NCBI RefSeq assembly: GCF_963921235.1
Contig: NC_086097.1
Coordinates: 243,724,001 to 243,788,000, forward strand
Length of the DNA: 64,000 nt
Source: Mobula hypostoma
Lineage: Eukaryota
Direction of reading: 5' to 3'
The notes beneath the pieces were generated by a model, which had not been told where the DNA came from, made no database searches, and saw only the letters and a list, made by a program, of their open reading frames with translations. Both the position numbers and the translations under genes were made by a program. Below, piece after piece: positions 24,379-36,565 of this stretch. Positions within the stretch are counted from its first letter, which is position 1. Each line of letters starts with the position of its first letter.

Positions 24379-24786
24379 TTCACAGAAACCATGCTGATTT
24401 TGACTTATTTTATCATTCGTCACCAAGTCCCTGAAAACTCATCCTTATAAATAGGCTCCAACACTTTCCCAGCTACTGAGGTTAAGCTAACCGGCCTATA
24501 AGTTCCTTTCCTTTGCCTTCCTCCCTTCTTAAAGAGTGGAGTGACATTTGCAATTTTCCAGTCCTCTGGAACCATGCCAGAATCAAGTGATTCTTGAAAG
24601 ATCATGACCAATGCATCCATTATTATTTCAGCAACTTCTCACAGGACTCTGAGATGTAGTCCGTCTGGTCCAGGTGCCTTAGCCACCTTCAAACCTTTCA
24701 GTTTGCCTAGCACTTTTTCCCTTCGTAATAGCAATGGCACTCACTCCTGCTCCCTGACACTCGTGGACCTCTGGCACACTGCTAGT
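24379..24786 (-). mobile_element. CR1 subfamily A continuation (linker to RT start)
   Basis: ORF 24420-24620 PEDWKIANVTPLFKKG..YRPVSLTS. Confidence 0.88.
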
Positions 24787-25042
24787 CAAAGCTATTGTAA
24801 CGGCAAAAGAGAGGGCATACAACAAAGTAAAAAATAGTGGGAAGATAGAGGATTGGGAAGCTTTTTAAAAACCTGCAGAAAGCATCTAAAATAATCATTA
24901 GGATGGAAAAGATGAAATATCACATCAAGCTAGCAAACAAACTCAAGGTGGATAGTAAAAGCTTTTACAAGTGTATAAAAAAATAAAAGAGAGATGAGGG
25001 TGGATATGGGACTGCTAGGAAATGAGGCTGGGGAAATAATAA
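24787..25042 (+). mobile_element. Inverted upstream segment of the same CR1 (5' inversion)
   Basis: Plus-strand KERAYNKVKNSGKIEDWEA...KLANKLKVDSKSFYK, which lies just upstream of the adjoining minus-strand part in the CR1 ORF. Confidence 0.8.
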
Positions 25043-25106
25043 GCCAAGTGGCCTTATTCTGCTCCAATGTCTTCTGGTCTTACGGACTCTTAGCACAGAC
25101 ACACAA

Positions 25107-25935
25107 AGCCACTGACTTCACCCAGAAACTGGCCCCTGCCCAGAAAATGACCATCATCCAGAAACTGACATCTACCCAGAACCTGTCTCCATCCGGAAAC
25201 TGACCCCCACCCAGCTATGGACCCCCACCTTAAATCTGAACCTCAACCAAAAAACTATCCCCATCCAGAAACTGACCCTCATCCAGTAACTGATTGCTAT
25301 CCGGAAACTGACCTCCATCTGGAAACTGACCTCCACCCAGAAATTGACTCCCACCCAGAAATGGACCCCCAGCCCAGATATTCTTTGTCTTTATTCTTTA
25401 TTCTTTGGAGCATAGAAGGTTGAGGTGGGACGTGATAGAGGTATTTAAAATTATGAGGGGAATTGTTAGAGTTGACGTGGATAGGCTTTTTCCATTGAGA
25501 GTGGGGGAGATTCAAACAAGAGGACATGAGTTGAGAGTTAAAGGGCAAAACTTTAGGGGTAACATGAGGGGGAACTTCTTTACTCAGAGTGGTAGCTGTG
25601 TGGAACGAGCTTCCAGCAGAAGTGGTTGAGGCAGGTTTGATGTTGTCGTTTAAAGTTAAATTGGACAGCCATATGGACAGGAAAGGAATGAAGGGTTATG
25701 GGCTGAGTGCAGTTGGTGGGACTAAGTGAGAGTAAGAGGCATGGACTAGAAGGGCCGAGATGGCCTGTTTCCGTGCTGTAATTGTTATGTGGTTCTATGG
25801 ACCCAACCCAGAAGTGAACCCCCATTTTGAATTTTACCCCAGCCAGAAAATGGCATTGAACCAAAAATGGATCTCCAACCAGAAACTGACCTTCACCCAG
25901 AAACTGACCTGCACCGTGCCCCCGCAGACCCTCAG
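25107..25935 (+). repeat. 18-bp minisatellite (consensus ~CCAGAAACTGACCTCCAC), split by a CR1 3' insertion
   Basis: About 15 diverged units at 25107-25378 and about 7 at 25797-25920. Confidence 0.9.
25405..25797 (+). mobile_element. CR1 LINE 3' end inserted in the minisatellite
   Basis: LEHRRLRWDVIEVFKIMRG...TRGHELRV..RGNFFTQ; tail TTATGTGGTTCTATGG. Confidence 0.9.
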
Positions 25936-26524
25936 CCACAAGGTTTCTTGATAGTTGAATACCCTCTACCCCATGACTATAGCCTCTCCAGTCTGGTACC
26001 TCTTGCACAGATCTCCCACTATAGTTACTACACTATCAGCTCACTGACAATATGGCCTAGTTTTACCTTGTCCACAAAAATTAGGGCAGAATGACGAATT
26101 AAGTGTAAATCTAATGGCTTGGGTCTTACATTGTACTCAGGAAGGTGTTGCTTAGAAATCAATCATCTTCGCCTGGCAGGAGTTCTGCGTACTCGGGACA
26201 AGTATCTAGGTCTATTTCATTTATCAGCCCCTGAAAGAAAGATATAGGTCTTCACCATGATCACTGTGAATTCAGAATTCACAATCTCAGAGCTTTGTGT
26301 AGAGAATAGTCAAAGGGGGATTTATGGATGCTCGTCTCACCAAGATGTGTGGGCATCTCTGATGAGATTCAATGTTAGTCAAAGGTTTCCAGAATCTGTA
26401 TAGCCTTCTCTGCCTTCTAACTGGTATAATGGTCATGATCTTTTAATTAGGCTGGACAGATGCAAACTCATTCACCTTTGTATATGCTCAGTGTGCAATG
26501 GAACTGAATTTCAAAAGCATGGTT

Positions 26525-27100
26525 CGTAGAACAGAGAACATGCAACATTACAGTACAGTTTATGCCTTCTGCCTACAATAAGAGCAAAATTAGGCCATTC
26601 GGCCCACTGAGTCTGCTCCTCCATTTCCCTCTCAACCACATTCTCCTGCCTTCTCCCCATAACCTTTCACACTCTGTCTTATCAAGAATCTATCAGCCTC
26701 TGCCTTAACTATATCCAATGACTTGGCCTCCACAGGCACCTGTGGCAACGAATTCCACAAATTCACCACTCTCGGGCTAATGAAATTCCTCCTCAACTCC
26801 GTTCTATTCTGACAATGTGCTCTCTGGTTCTAGACTCTCCCATTCCATCGTGGCTAATTTATTATATCCTTCAACCCCATTCTCCTGCCTTCTCCACAGG
26901 GCAATGAATTCCACAGATTTATACTCTCTGGTCAAAGAAATTCCTCCTCATGTCTGTTCTAAATGGACAGCCTTCTGTTCTGAGACTTGCCCCCCATTGT
27001 CACCTCTAAACTTTTCTCCTCTAATCTTAACAGCATGTTCCTTGGAGTTTGACATCTCTGCACAGGGTGGCAGATTCTGATTGTCTTCCTCATCAATGCC
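26525..27100 (-). mobile_element. Cluster of CR1 3'-end fragments
   Basis: Repeated antisense CR1 UTR motifs TTAGGCCATTCGGCCC, AACCCCATTCTCCTGCCTTCTCC, GAATTCCACAGATT. Confidence 0.75.
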
Positions 27101-27454
27101 TACCAAATTTTTTAAAAATCATATCTTGATCACAATGGTAGACTGACGGGTAATTATTGAACAATAAGAATACACAGTCAAGAGGCAGCGCGTGTGAATG
27201 GTGATCGGGGTTCGCTTCCTGCCGCTGTCTGCCGGTGATCGGGGCTCAATTCCCGTCACTGTCTGTAACAAGTTTGTACATTCTGCCCGTGATTGCAGTT
27301 TGCTTCTGGGTGCCTTCTCACATTCCAAAACCATATGGGTTTAGGGGTAGTAAGTTTTGAGAATGCTGTGTTGGTACTGGAAACATGGCAACACTTGCCG
27401 GCTGCCCCCAGCACATCCTTGGACTGTGTCGGTTGTTGACGAGATTAAGGATTC

Positions 27455-28100
27455 ACGACTCAAGATTGTTTAATGTTATTTTCAGTACACGAATGTAAAG
27501 GACAACAAAATAATTGTTACTCTGGATCTGGTGTAGCACAACAAAAACACAGTAAGATAAAGAGCACAGCAATAATAATAAAAACACAATAGATATAAAT
27601 GCACAAATATATATACGTACAAAGATTGATTGTATGCCTACAAAGTGATACTAGGCATAGGAGTGTCTGTACGTAAGGCAAGTCTGTCTGGAAATGATAA
27701 AGTCGTGGTGGTTGGGGTTAGTGGATGGAGGTGTCGATCAGCCTCACTTCTTAGGGAAAGTAACTGTTTTTGAGTCTGGTGGTCCTAGTATGGATGCTAT
27801 GTTGCCTCCTCCCTGATGGGAGTGGGACAAACAGTCCATGAAATGCTGAAGGAACTCAGCAGGCCAGACGGCCTCTATGGAGAAAAGTAACGTTTCAAAC
27901 CGAAACCGTTCGCCAGGAATTACAGAGTCCCGCTGAAGGGTTTCGGCCCAAAATGTCGACGGTACTTTTTTACCATAGATGCTGCCTGGCCTGCTGAGTT
28001 CCTCCATTCTGTGTGTGTTGCTCAGATTTGCAGCAGCTGCAGATTTCCTCTTGTTTGTAAACAGTCTATGAGCAGGGTGGGTGGGGTCCTTCATGTTGTT
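27455..28100 (-). mobile_element. Rex1/Babar-like 3' end interrupted by a palindromic Penelope repeat (27838-28035)
   Basis: Antisense KDPTHPAHRLF..LPSGRR remnants; the insert has arms GGAACTCAGCAGGCCAGACGGCCTCTATGG / CCATAGATGCTGCCTGGCCTGCTGAGTTCC and ACAGTC(C/T)ATGA duplicated on both sides. Confidence 0.75.
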
Positions 28101-29314
28101 ATTTTGATGTTTCAATGCGCAGGTGAACAAATTTGGCTAATCTGATCTATTTAACATACACAGTGGGGTGATGTGTTAGGGTGATACGTTTTCATTGCCT
28201 GTTCAGAGATGCCAGATATGTTCTGGAGGAACTCGGTAGGTCAGAGGAATAGGGCTGTTTACTCCTCTCCATAGATGCTGTCTGACCTGCTGACTTGCTG
28301 GTTCCAAGATGGCGCCAGCAAACAATGCAACCAATGGCAACGTCCTGCATTTTATGAAACCACTTCTTTTACTTATTTTACTACTTCTTTCAAATTTGAT
28401 TCAAGCTACTAAGCGACACACAGTTGGAAACTACGATTTATGTTTTGATGGTGTGTTTTTGGGCTGATTGAACAATCGAGTGCTTTGCGAGGGACTTTGG
28501 TGAAGTTGGGAGCATAGTGTGAGGCCTGGTGGTCTAGAGGCCTTCCTTCCCGTGGGGTGCAAGCCCATGGTTGGCTCCATTGCTACTCTCTGGTTGAGGT
28601 GTTGAGCAAGGTTGAAGCTGTCAAAGGTGAAAGCAGAGTGTAGGCAAGTGTTTGGCACTACCTGCCTCCGTTTGACTGGTCTTCCTCTCACTTTCACTAG
28701 ATACAGTCAGAGGAAAGTGCAGGGATCTTGGGGTCCACGTTGCAAGGATTGATCAGCAAAGTTTGAGGTTGTGCACTCATTTTTTTGTGGGATTTTAACA
28801 CTCATGTTGCATATGTTTCTGAATTCTGGTTACACTTTTTCTGCTGTTTTTTGAGCTGTTTGGTCAAGGCGATCGAGGCACTTTGGCAAACACTGGTTCT
28901 GCGGCCTGCAGTGGGCTAGCAGCACTGAACTGAACTAAACTGAATGCCCCTGGATTCCTGGCTTGATGTCGATTTCCTATGTGTTGTTCGAACATTTTTT
29001 GCCGTTTGCACAGTTTGTTCTTTTTCTTTGCGTGTTTGATGTTTTCTTTCAATGGGTTCGACGGTATTTCTTTGTTTTGTGGCTGCCTACGGGAAGATGA
29101 ATCTCAGAGCTGTAGTCTCTATACATACTTTGATAATAAATGTACTTTGAATATTTGAATCTTTGAGTTTGAGTTCCTCAAACATTTCTTGTGTATTGCT
29201 TTGGATTTTCAGAATTTCACAATGACAAGACATAAAAGCCACACGTCTTTAATACTTACAGCAAAATACTTCATCTCCAGAAACAAAATTCCTTCTCAAA
29301 CTCATTTGCGTCAG

Positions 29315-30810
29315 CATGATGTACCAGTATTACAGTGGAGTAAAGGGAATTACAGAGGCGTGAGAGAGGAGCTGGCCAAAGTTGATTGGAAGGGGACACT
29401 AGCAGGGATGTCACCAGAACAGCGATGGATGAGGTTTGTGGGGGGAAATTCAAAAGGCGGAGAGGATGAGGTAACTGTGACAAAGGGAAGTCAAGGGCAG
29501 CGTGAAAGCGAAGGAGAGGGCATATAACAAAAATGAGTGTGGAGGCAGAGGATTGGGAAGCCTTTAAAAACCAACAGAAGGCAACTAAAAAAGTCATTAA
29601 TAGAGAAAAGATGAAATATATAAAAGGGTACAAGTGAGATGAAAGAGGATATCAGACCACTAGAAAATGATGCTGAAGAGGTAGTAATGGGGGACAAAGA
29701 AATGGCAGATGAACTTAATAAGTACTTTGCGACAGACGTCACTGTGGACGACACTAGCAGAATGCCAGAAATTTGAGAGTGCCAGGGGCCAGAAGTGAGT
29801 GGAGTTGCTATTACTAAGAAGACGGTGCTTGGGAAACTGAAAGGTCTGAAGGGTAATAAGTCATTGGGACTAAATGGACTACACCCCAGGGTTCTGAAAG
29901 AGGTGGCTGAAGAGATTGTGAAGACATTAGCAATGATTCTTCAAGAATCAATAGATTCTGGAATGGTTCCAGAGGACTGGAAAATTGTAAATGTCACTCC
30001 TCCCCCCCCCCCTTAAATAAGGGAGGGAGGCAGAAGAAAGAAAATTATAGTCCAGTTAGTCTGACCTCAGTGGTTGGGAAAATATTGGCGTATATTATTA
30101 AGGTTAAGGCTTTGAGGTACTTAGAAGCACATGATAAAATAGTCGTAAATTAGCATGTTTTCTGAAGGGAAAATCTAGGCTGACAAATCTGTTGGAATTC
30201 TTTGAGGAAATAACAAGCAAAATAAACAATGGAGAGTTAGTGGATGTTGTTTACTTGGATTTTCAGAAAGTCTTTGACCAGGTGCCACACATGAGGCTGG
30301 ATAACACATGAACCCATGGTATTACAGGAAAGATGCAAGCATGGATAGATGATTGGCAAATTAATAATGGGCAAAGAGTGGGGAAAAAGTGGGGCCTTTT
30401 CTTGTTGGCTACTGGTGACTAGTAATGTTCTGCTGAGGACAGTGCGGGGATCATTTCATTTCCTGTTACATGTCAATGATCTCGGATGACAGAGTTGATG
30501 GCTTTGTGGCCAAGTTTGCAGATGATACAAAGATAGGTAGAGGGGCAGATAGTGCTGAGAAAGCAAGTGGTTTTCCAAAGGACTTGGACAAATTAGAGGG
30601 ATGGGCAGACTGACTGATGGAATATGGTGTAGGGTACAACACAGTCATGCACTTTGCAGAGGGAATAAAAGTGAGGCCTATTTTGTAAATGAGAAGAGAA
30701 TTCAAAAATCAGAGGTGTAAAGGGACTTGGGAGTCCTTACGCAGGACTCCCTAAAGGTTAATTCGTAGGTTCAGATGGTGGTGAGGGAAGTAAATGCAAT
30801 TTTAGAAATC
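29315..30810 (+). mobile_element. CR1 LINE ORF2 fragment (linker and RT), decayed
   Basis: GLHPRVLKEVAEEI..PEDWKIVNVTP; YLDFQKVFDQVPH; KFADDTK. Confidence 0.9.
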
Positions 30811-30814
30811 ATTT

Positions 30815-31275
30815 TTAGAAAAGCCATCTCTTAGCATTTAACAAATTCCCTCTCTTACGATCTGCCACCAACCTGATTTTCCCAATCCCCTTGCAGATTG
30901 AAGTCCCCCATTACAATTGTGTCATTACTGTTATTACACGTCTTTTCCAACTCCCTTCGCAATCTCAACCCCACATCTTGGCTACTTCTTGGAGGCCTAC
31001 ATATGATTCCCATAATGTTTTATTACGCTTGCAATTTCTTAACTCCACCCACAAAGATTTAACATTTACCTGACCCAATGTCACTTCTTTGTAAAGATGT
31101 AATTCCAACTCTTACCAACAGAGCCACACCACCGCCTATGCCTTCCTGCCTGCCCTTTTGATACAAAGCATATCCTTTGATGTTAAGCTCCCAACCTTGG
31201 CCTTCTTTCAGCCACGACTCGGTGATGCCCGCAACAACATACTGACCAATCTCTAATTACGCTAAAAGTTCATCC
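30815..31275 (-). mobile_element. CR1 APE endonuclease-domain fragment
   Basis: Antisense GITESWLKE...WVELRNCKR...IICRPP..MGDFNLQ.DW remnants. Confidence 0.8.
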
Positions 31276-31277
31276 AT

Positions 31278-31668
31278 AAGACCATAAGATATAGGAGCAG
31301 AAGTAGGCCTATCAATCTCTGCCTTAAATGCACCCAGTAACTTAGCCTCCACAGCTGCTCGTGGCAACAAATTCCACAGATTTACCACCCTCTGACTAAA
31401 GTAATTTCTCTGCCTCTCTGTTCTAAATGGACACCCTTCAATCCTGAAGTCGTGCCCTCTTGTTCTAGAATCCCCTAACATGGGAAATAACTTTGCCATA
31501 TCTAATCTGTTCAGGCCTTTTAATATTCAGAATGTTTCTATGATAACCCCCCTCATTTGCCTGAACTCCAGGGAATACAGCCCAAAAGCTGCCAAACATT
31601 CCTCATACGGTAACCTTTTCATTGCTGGAATCATTCTCATGAATCTTCTCTGAACCCTCTCCAATGTC
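31278..31668 (-). mobile_element. CR1 LINE 3' end fragment
   Basis: ORF 31257-31499 RTRGHDFRI..RNYFSQRVVNLWNLLP; tail CATAAGACCATAAGAT. Confidence 0.88.
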
Positions 31669-33560
31669 AAAGTTGATTGGAAAACAACACTGGCAAGGAT
31701 GACGGCAGAGCAGCAATGATTGAAATTTCTGGAAGCAATTCAGAAGGCACAGGATATATACGTCCCAAACAGGAAGAAGTATCCTAAAGGAAAGATGACA
31801 CAGTGGTGGTGAATGAGAGAATTCAAAGCCAACATAAAAGCCAAAGAGAGAGCATGTAATGGAGCAAAAAATTAGTGGGAAGTTAGAGGATTAGGAAGCT
31901 TTTAAAAACCAACAAATGGTAACTAAAAATGTCATTAAGAAAGTAAGGGTGGAATACGAAAGTAAGCTAGCCAATAATATTGAAGAGGATACCAAAGCTT
32001 TCTTCAGATATATAAGTTTTAAGAGAGGGGGGAAGAGTGGATATCAGGCCTCATGAAAATGATGTTGGAGAGGTAGTGACGAGGGAGAACGAAATGGTAG
32101 ACAAACTGATTAAGTATTTTGCACCAGTCTTCATTGTGGAAGATACTAGCAGTATGGTGGAAGTTCCAGGTGTCAGGGAGCATGAAGTGTGTGAAGTTAC
32201 CATAACTAGAGAGAAGGTTCTTGGGAAATGGAAAGGTCCAAAAGTAGGTAAGTCACCTGGACGAGATGTGTACACACCAGAACTCTGAAAGAGGTGGCTC
32301 AAGAAGATCGTGGAGGCATTAGTAATGATCTTTCAAGAATCACTAAATTCTGTAATGGTTCTGGAAGACTGGAAAATTGCAAATGTCACTCCACTCTTCA
32401 AGAAAGGAGAGAGGCAAATGAAAGGAGTCTATAGGCCAGTTAGTCTGACCTCGTGGCTGGGAAGATGTTGAAGTCGATATTAAAGATGAGGTGTCAGCAT
32501 ACTCGGACACACATGATAAATTAGGATGTAGTCAGCATGATTTCCTCAAGGGAAAATCTTGCTTGACAAATCTGTTGGAATTCTTTGAAGAAATAGCAAG
32601 CAGGATAGACAAAGGTGAATCGGTTGATATTGTGTACTTGGATTTTCAGAAGGCCTTTGACAAGGTGCCACACATGAGGCTGCTTAACAAACTACGAGAC
32701 AGTATTAAAAGAATTAAAGGAAATATTCTAGCATGGGTAGAGGAATAGCTGATTGGCAGGAAACAAATAGTGGGGGAAAAGGGAGCCTTTCATGGTTGGC
32801 TGCCAGTGACTAGTGGTATTCCACAGGGGTCTGTATTGGGACAGATTCTTTTTACATTATATGTCAATGATTTGGATGATGGAATTGATGACTTTGTTTC
32901 TAAGTTTGCAGATGATATGAAGATAGGTGGAGGGGCAGGTAATTTTGAGGAAGTAGAGATGCTATAGAAGGACTTAGACTGATTAGGAGTATGGGCAAAG
33001 AAATGACAGATGAAATACAGTGTCAGGGAGTGTATGGTTATGCACTTTGGTAGAAGAAATAAAAGAGTTGCTATTTTCTAAAAATGCAAAAAGCTGAGGT
33101 GCAAAGGGACTTGGGAGTCCTTTTGCAGGATTCCCTAAAGGTTAATTTACAGGTCGAGTCTGTGGTGAGGAAGGCAAATGCAATGTTAGCATTCATTTCA
33201 ACCTATTGAATGGTAGAAGGCCCTGATAGAATGGATGTGGAGAGAATGTTTCCTGTAGTGGGGAAGTCACAGCCTCAAAATAGAGGGGCATCCTTTTAGA
33301 ATGGAGATTAGGAGGAATTTCTTTTGGCAGAGAGTGGTGAATCTATGGAATTCTTTGCCACAGACAGCTGTGGAGGCCAAGTTTTTATGTATATTTAAGG
33401 CAGAGGTTGATAGATAGATTCTTCATTGGTCAGGGCATGTAGGGATACAGGGAGAAGGCAGGAGATTCGGGCTGAGAGGAAAATTGGATCAACCATGATG
33501 AAATGGTGGAGCAGACTTGATGGCCCAAATGGCCTAATTCTGCTCCTATATCTTGTGGTC
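31669..33560 (+). mobile_element. CR1 LINE ORF2 (linker, RT, 3' end), decayed
   Basis: ORFs 32037-32288, 32491-32748 (SCLTNLLEFF, YLDFQKAFDKVPH), 32770-32967 (PQGSVLG, KFADD); 3' UTR to ~33560. Confidence 0.93.
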
Positions 33561-33879
33561 TTAAAATGCTGGAGGAACTCAGCAGGTCAGACAGCATCTA
33601 TGGAAATGAAGTCTGTTGACATGTTGGGTCAAGATTCTTCAAGGACTGAATATCTCTTCAGTTCATCAGGTCTAATATCGTTAATATTACTTCAACTTCA
33701 AATTCAAGCTTGTTTTCATCTGACTCTACGTGTATATATAACCAAATAAAACAACATTCCTCCAGACCAGGGTTCAATCACAAAACACATACCACACACC
33801 AAAATAAACCAAAATATTACCATAAATAAGTTAATATCATTCAAAATACATGTAGTGCACAGCACAGGTGTACAGCATT

Positions 33880-34165
33880 TTAATTATTTATTGAGATACA
33901 GCGTGGAATAGGCCCTTCTGGCCTTTCGAGCCACGCTGCCCAGCAATCCCCCAGTTTAATCCTAGCTTAATCACAGGACAATTTCAAGTGATCAATTGAC
34001 CTATCATCCGGTAGGTCTTTGGACTGTGGGAAGAAACCGGAGCACCCGCAGGAAAACCACACGGCCACAGGGAGAACTTACAACCTTACTGGCAGCAGTG
34101 GGAATTGAACCCTGGACACCTCTACTGTAAAGCGTTGTGCCAGCTACTGTGCTACAATGCCACCC
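33880..34165 (-). mobile_element. HE1/V-SINE
   Basis: Antisense V-domain TTTGGACTGTGGGAAGAAACCGGAGCACCCG and B-box GGAATTGAACCC. Confidence 0.85.
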
Positions 34166-34759
34166 AGTATCAGTAAGCATGGCAAACAATTAAGACATTA
34201 CAGTATTCCATACTTGGCCTTGCCAAATTTGTAACTTGTGAGGCATTTTTCTGTCATTTGATTTCTGAAAATGAATGATTCTTGCAGTCAAAGAATATTC
34301 TGCTTTGTTGCCTCCTCTGTTATTGTGGCCCTTTTAAATTAAATTCAAAGTGTTATTTTACCAGTGAAACGTGTAATCAGTTGATTATCAGCACAGATTA
34401 CAGACTGACTCATTGATTTTAACAGTCGGACTGCTGTTCACACCCTTGTTCTGTGTGTTGCTATTTTCAGTCTCCCTTGTTTTTGCAGCATTCACTTCGG
34501 GTCCATGTGAAGACTGACGCAGGAACCTTCAAAAAAAATCCCATATGTTTGCATAGTGTGCGAGCATATGGTAGAAATAACCCAAAGCAAATGCAAATTT
34601 CACTAATAGGTGTGGACAGCAGACTCTGTGCAGTTGATATCTAAACTGATACAGTGATCTTGTCTTTGAGTTCTTAAGGCAAAATCGATGAGGTAAGAAT
34701 GTAAGGATTTTAAAAGATAAGCATTAGCCTCATTATCAAAACATTGAAAGCATTAATTG

Positions 34760-35010
34760 AAATGTGTTGTTTGCTCCAATGACCAACCCAGTCCGAGGAT
34801 ATAATGAGGAGCCACACTTCTGGCGCCAACCTGGCGTGCCCACAGCTTACTGACCCGAACCTGTACGTCTTTAGATTGTTGGAGGAAACTGGAGCACCAG
34901 GAGAAAGTCCATGTGGTCGCGGGGAAAATGGACAAACTTCTCACACGCAGGAACCGAATCCCAGTCAGCGATCAGAGGTGCTGTGAAGTGTTACGCTGGC
35001 TGCTACCCTA
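34760..35010 (-). mobile_element. V-SINE variant
   Basis: GGAGGAAACTGGAGCACCAGGAGAAAGTCCATGTGG antisense V-domain. Confidence 0.7.
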
Positions 35011-35219
35011 CCATTCCCTCCTCTAATTGTTTCCTTCTGGTTAAATTAATAGATTTCAATGAGATTTCCCCCCCCCCCACACCCCCCCATTCTCCTAAAC
35101 TCCAGTGAGCACAGGCCCAGAGCCATCAAACACGCCTCATATGTTAACCCTTTCATTCTTGTGATCATTCTCATGAACCTCCTTTGGACGCTCTCCAAGG
35201 CCAGCACGTCTTTTAGGTT

Positions 35220-35900
35220 CATTCATTCATTATTTGCCGTGTCGTATGATGTGGGCCACCATGATCTATGACTGTGATTGTTCTTGGCAATTGTTTCTAC
35301 AGATGTGTCTTCTGGGCAGTGTCTTTGCAAGACGGGTGACCCCCAGCCATGATCAATACTCTTAAGATCAGTTTAGGAATTCGGGGTAGGCCATTTAGAA
35401 CGGAGTTGAGGAAAAACTTTTTCACCCAGAGAGTGGTGGATATATGGAATGTTCTGCCCCAGAAGGCTGTGGAGGCCAAGTCTCTGGATGCTTTAAGAAA
35501 GAGATGGATAGAGCTCTTAAAGATAGTGGAATCAAAGGTTATGGGGATAAGGCAGGAACTGGATACTGATGGTGGATGATCAGCCATGATCACAGTGAAT
35601 GGCGGTGCTGGCTTGAAGGGCTGAATGGCCTACTCCTGCACCTATTGTCTATTGTCTTCAGAGATTGTCTGCCTGGTGTCAGTGGTTGCATAACCAAGAC
35701 TTGTGATAAGCACCAGTTGCATGTATGACCATGTACCACCTGCTCCCATGGCTTCACATGACCCTGATTCGGGGGCGGGGGGCAGAGGGCAAAGGGGCTA
35801 AGCAGGTGCTACATATTGCCAAGGGGTGACCTGCAAGCTAGCGGAGGGAAGGAGCACCTTACACCTCCTTTGGTAGAGACACCTCTACCTCACCACCACT
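35220..35900 (-). mobile_element. RTE-tailed non-autonomous element copy 3, split by a CR1 3' end (35371-35655, plus strand)
   Basis: Colinear with 9525-9890 on both sides of the CR1 piece (RKNFFTQRVVDIWNVLP; tail CCTATTGTCTATTG). Confidence 0.8.
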
Positions 35901-36299
35901 AAGAGTGTAACTATCAGGGTAAAAATGCCTTCTACAACTGAAGCATAATGGTTGGCATCATGGTTAATGATAATGGTCGTTGGGACTTGGCAGAGTACTG
36001 GATCAGCATGGACTAGATGGGCTGAAGGTCGTCTTTTTGTGCTGTAGTGCTCTATGACTTTATAAAAGGTCTTAAAAGTCTGAACACAGCAGGAAGCGTA
36101 GCCCTGAGAGATTAAACATAATAAAAACAATGTGCCTAGAAATTATCATAGCAGGAGCCATGGCCTCGATAATTCAACACAGTGGGAACAGAAGGCCAGA
36201 GGGTTTAAACACAATGTTTTACATTGCTCCCTCTCTAAAGAGCTTTGATTATCCATTATCACTGGCATTATTTTCCTGACTTCTACCACATCCACTCCA

Positions 36300-36565
36300 A
36301 AGCACGGTAGCAAAGAGGTTAGTGCAAACTCCAGCTGTAAGTTTGGGGTTCGATTCCAGACACCGTCCGTTTGGAGTTTGTACTTTCTCACTGTTGCTGT
36401 GTCGGTTTCCTCCAACTGCCCTGGTTTTCTCCCACACCCCAGAGATGTCGGGGTTGGACTTGGTGAGGTGTGGGAATGCTACATTGGTGCTAGAAGCGTG
36501 GTGACATTTGTGGGCTGCCCCCAGCATAATCCTCGTACCGTGTTGGTTGTTGACACAAAGGACGG
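36300..36565 (+). mobile_element. V-SINE variant
   Basis: GGGGTTCGATTCC B-box, GGAGTTTGTACTTTCTC..GGTTTCCTCC V-domain. Confidence 0.75.

Noticed and set aside
25107..25935. CRISPR-like array
   Set aside because: Head-to-tail tandem units with no unique spacers, no cas genes, and a vertebrate context.
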